Assembly (NCBI GenBank): GCA_963790205.1
Contig: CAWBNQ010000001.1
Location: forward strand, 992,001-1,056,000
Direction: 5' to 3'
Source: Nitrospirota bacterium
GTDB lineage: Bacteria; Nitrospirota; UBA9217
Length of the DNA: 64,000 nt
Below are positions 61,955-64,000 of this stretch, piece after piece. Every line of letters starts with the position of its first letter. The stretch's first letter is position 1. The notes beneath the pieces are model-generated. The model was not told where the DNA came from, ran no database searches, and saw only the letters and a program-made list of their open reading frames with translations. A program made the translations under genes and the position numbers.

Positions 61955-62396
61955 GTTTCTCGCAAAGCTCGCAAAGCAAACCAGGGCTATAAACCATTTA
62001 CAATACGAACAATGCCGTCCTTTATGAATTCAGAGTTAAAATTGACGAGTAAGCCGAGTTTTATTCCGGAAAGCCTGAGATAGGTCAGCAGTTGTTTCTT
62101 GTGAATAGGTAAGATGTTTTCTAAGGATTTCAATTCAATGATAACTTTTTTTGCTACAATAACGTCTGCCTTAAAGCCGATACCCATGCTGATATTTTCA
62201 TATAGTACCGGAATTTCAACCTGCCTCTCGCAGGCGAGGTTCTTTTTGCTGAGTTCGTAACATAAGACCTCTTCATACACGGACTCGAATAAACCAGGGC
62301 CTAACTTCTTATGGATTTGATAGAAGCAATCAACAATAATTTTGGATAGCTCATTTTCATCCATGTTTTTTTCTCTTTGCGGGCTTTGCGAGAAAC
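61955..62396. repeat. 22-bp inverted repeats bounding the GxxExxY gene
   Basis: GTTTCTCGCAAAGCTCGCAAAG (61955-61976) vs CTTTGCGGGCTTTGCGAGAAAC (62375-62396), 21/22. Confidence 0.85.
61987..62364 (-). CDS. GxxExxY protein (PD-(D/E)XK-like)
   Basis: LGPGLFESVY, ADVIV..IIELKS, QLLTYL, GLLVNF. Confidence 0.93.
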   Translation of the reverse strand: MDENELSKIIVDCFYQIHKKLGPGLFESVYEEVLCYELSKKNLACERQVEIPVLYENISMGIGFKADVIVAKKVIIELKSLENILPIHKKQLLTYLRLSGIKLGLLVNFNSEFIKDGIVRIVNGL

Positions 62397-62400
62397 AAGG

Positions 62401-62793
62401 CTATTTGACCTTTTCCACGTACTCGTTTGTCAGGCGCTTGGGCCTGCCGCTTGCGTCCACGTACACGACCTTGGCCCTGCACTCCACAAAAACGCGTTGT
62501 GATGTCTTTTCCCGCATGACATGTTCGAACATCATCGTAGCTCGTGTCACGTCCCGTACCCAGGTCTCGATTTCTATGATGTCGCCGTACCTGGCCGGGG
62601 ACTTGTAGTCGATCTCAACGCGGAGCACCATGAAGATGGTGCCCTCGTCCATGAGCTTTTTGACGGAATATCCCCGGCTTGCCAGGTATTCGGTCCGCGC
62701 GTGCTCCATATAGCGAAGGTAGTTGGCATAGTACACCACGCCGCCGCAGTCCGTGTCCTCGTAGTATATCTTGATGTCCATGGTATGATTCAT
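62401..62793 (-). CDS. YbgC/FadM-family acyl-CoA thioesterase
   Basis: YYEDTDCGGVVYYANYLRYMEHAR. Confidence 0.92.
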   Translation of the reverse strand: MNHTMDIKIYYEDTDCGGVVYYANYLRYMEHARTEYLASRGYSVKKLMDEGTIFMVLRVEIDYKSPARYGDIIEIETWVRDVTRATMMFEHVMREKTSQRVFVECRAKVVYVDASGRPKRLTNEYVEKVK

Positions 62794-62797
62794 GATG

Positions 62798-64000
62798 CTA
62801 CCCCTTTAATATCTTCTCGGCTGCCACCTGCGCCTCATGCACGCAGTCGCCGATGCCGATACCTTTGTACGAGCAGCCGATGAGGTGGAGGCCCGGATGG
62901 GTGGAAAGCATCCTGTCCAGAAGGGTGATCCGGTCGAGATGTCCTACGGTATATTTCGGCATTCCCTTGTTCCAGCGGTAGACTTTTGAGAATTGCGCGT
63001 TCGCCTTGAGGCCCACAATCGCATCGAGCTCTTCGAGGACCATCTTGACCATGCCGCTGTCGTCGAGGTCGTGCACAAGCTCCTCGTGATGTCCGCCTCC
63101 GACAAAAACGCGGGCCATGATCGTATCGTCGGGCGCGCGAAAGGACCACTTGATGGAGCTGTAGGTGGCCGCATTGACGCGCCTTCCCTCGACACGGGGG
63201 ACGATAAAGCCGAAGCCTCTGAGCGGGACCTTCACATCTTCTTTCTTGAACGCGACAGAGACCGTGGCGGACGAAGACCATTCGATCTTGTTCATCTGCG
63301 CAGCGAGCGTTTCATCGAACCCCTTGACCATCGCGGCGGCATCATAGGCCGCAGAAGCGATCATAACATGGTCCGTATCAAGGGTTTCTCCGCTCTCGAG
63401 GATCACGGCATATCCCTTGCCTTTCGGCTCGACGGCCTTGACCCCGGCCCCGAGGCGGATCGACTCTTTGCCGATGTAATCGGCGCATGCCTGCGACAGG
63501 GTCTGCATGCCGTTCTTGAAGCTCATGAAGTAGGTCATTTTCGTCGCGCCGGGTTTTGGGGGCGGGCCGGAGAGCGTGGCATGGGGACGGTTCTTCATGG
63601 CGGCGAGCATGCCGAGGATCAGGCTGCCGCTTTTCTGCTCCATCTGCACAAAGCGCGGGAAGGTTGCCAGCACGCTCATATTGTCAGGGTTCGAAGTGTG
63701 GATGCCCGCTACGAGCGGTTCGGCGATCTTCTCAAGGCATTCGCGGCCGAGGCGGCGCGTGACAAAGGAGGCGAGGCTCTCGTCCTCGACGAACTTGCGC
63801 TTCGGCATGAAGACTTCCATGCCCATCCGGAGCTTGCCGGGCCAGGAGATGAGGTGTGATTTTGCCATGGGCCAGAACGATGTCGGGACCATGAGCATCA
63901 CGCCCTCGGGCAGGGAGTGGAGCTTATTTTTCGAGTAGATGAAGGTGCCTTTGAACTCGTCGTTCGAGGGAAGCATCTCGGGCCCGAGGCCGAGATGCTT
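62798..64000 (-). CDS. hemG: Protoporphyrinogen/coproporphyrinogen oxidase (HemY type), 5' end outside window
   Basis: DESLASFVTRRLG, EPLVAGI, GFGFIVP, MPKYTVGH, YKGIGIGDC. Confidence 0.93.
   Translation of the reverse strand, partial: KHLGLGPEMLPSNDEFKGTFIYSKNKLHSLPEGVMLMVPTSFWPMAKSHLISWPGKLRMGMEVFMPKRKFVEDESLASFVTRRLGRECLEKIAEPLVAGIHTSNPDNMSVLATFPRFVQMEQKSGSLILGMLAAMKNRPHATLSGPPPKPGATKMTYFMSFKNGMQTLSQACADYIGKESIRLGAGVKAVEPKGKGYAVILESGETLDTDHVMIASAAYDAAAMVKGFDETLAAQMNKIEWSSSATVSVAFKKEDVKVPLRGFGFIVPRVEGRRVNAATYSSIKWSFRAPDDTIMARVFVGGGHHEELVHDLDDSGMVKMVLEELDAIVGLKANAQFSKVYRWNKGMPKYTVGHLDRITLLDRMLSTHPGLHLIGCSYKGIGIGDCVHEAQVAAEKILKG

Noticed and set aside
1..64000. CRISPR array, rRNA or tRNA genes
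   Set aside because: No regularly spaced repeat-spacer array or recognisable RNA gene seen by eye; no covariance search was run

Overview
Moderately GC-rich chromosomal DNA from a diderm bacterium (lptD, sigma54 activator; Nitrospirota/Desulfobacterota-like gene content, taxonomy inferred only). From left to right: (1) the end of a type I R-M locus (hsdS, four-helix-bundle gene with 9-bp DNA repeats, hsdR, M48 peptidase) and a toxin-less HTH/SecB-like module behind a near-consensus promoter with a 20-bp palindrome; (2) housekeeping genes (DinG helicase, amidase-GerMN-murI, folC, lptD, cutA, M23 peptidase, cold-shock protein, secA and others); (3) a phosphothreonine signalling cluster (PP2C, VWA, Zn-ribbon-FHA, membrane FHA-VWA-FHA, Ser/Thr kinase, beta-barrel) preceded by a sigma54 promoter motif and closed by a convergent FHA-sigma54 activator; (4) a 3.1-kb TGT...ACA element with two DDE genes and two HTH ORFs; (5) galT-glgA-kinase-regulator-rlmD with several small indels that look like sequencing errors; (6) an AT-rich island with a SIR2-NTPase (Avs5-like) gene split by an IS630 at CTAG; (7) DUF488 duplicates, SOD, a pterin cluster, a GxxExxY gene bounded by 22-bp inverted repeats that have an empty copy 2 kb away, and the 3' part of hemG/hemY. 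No rRNA, tRNA or CRISPR array was seen. Best candidates for undescribed biology are the closed sigma54/FHA/VWA circuit, the GxxExxY inverted-repeat element family and the two-transposase element.
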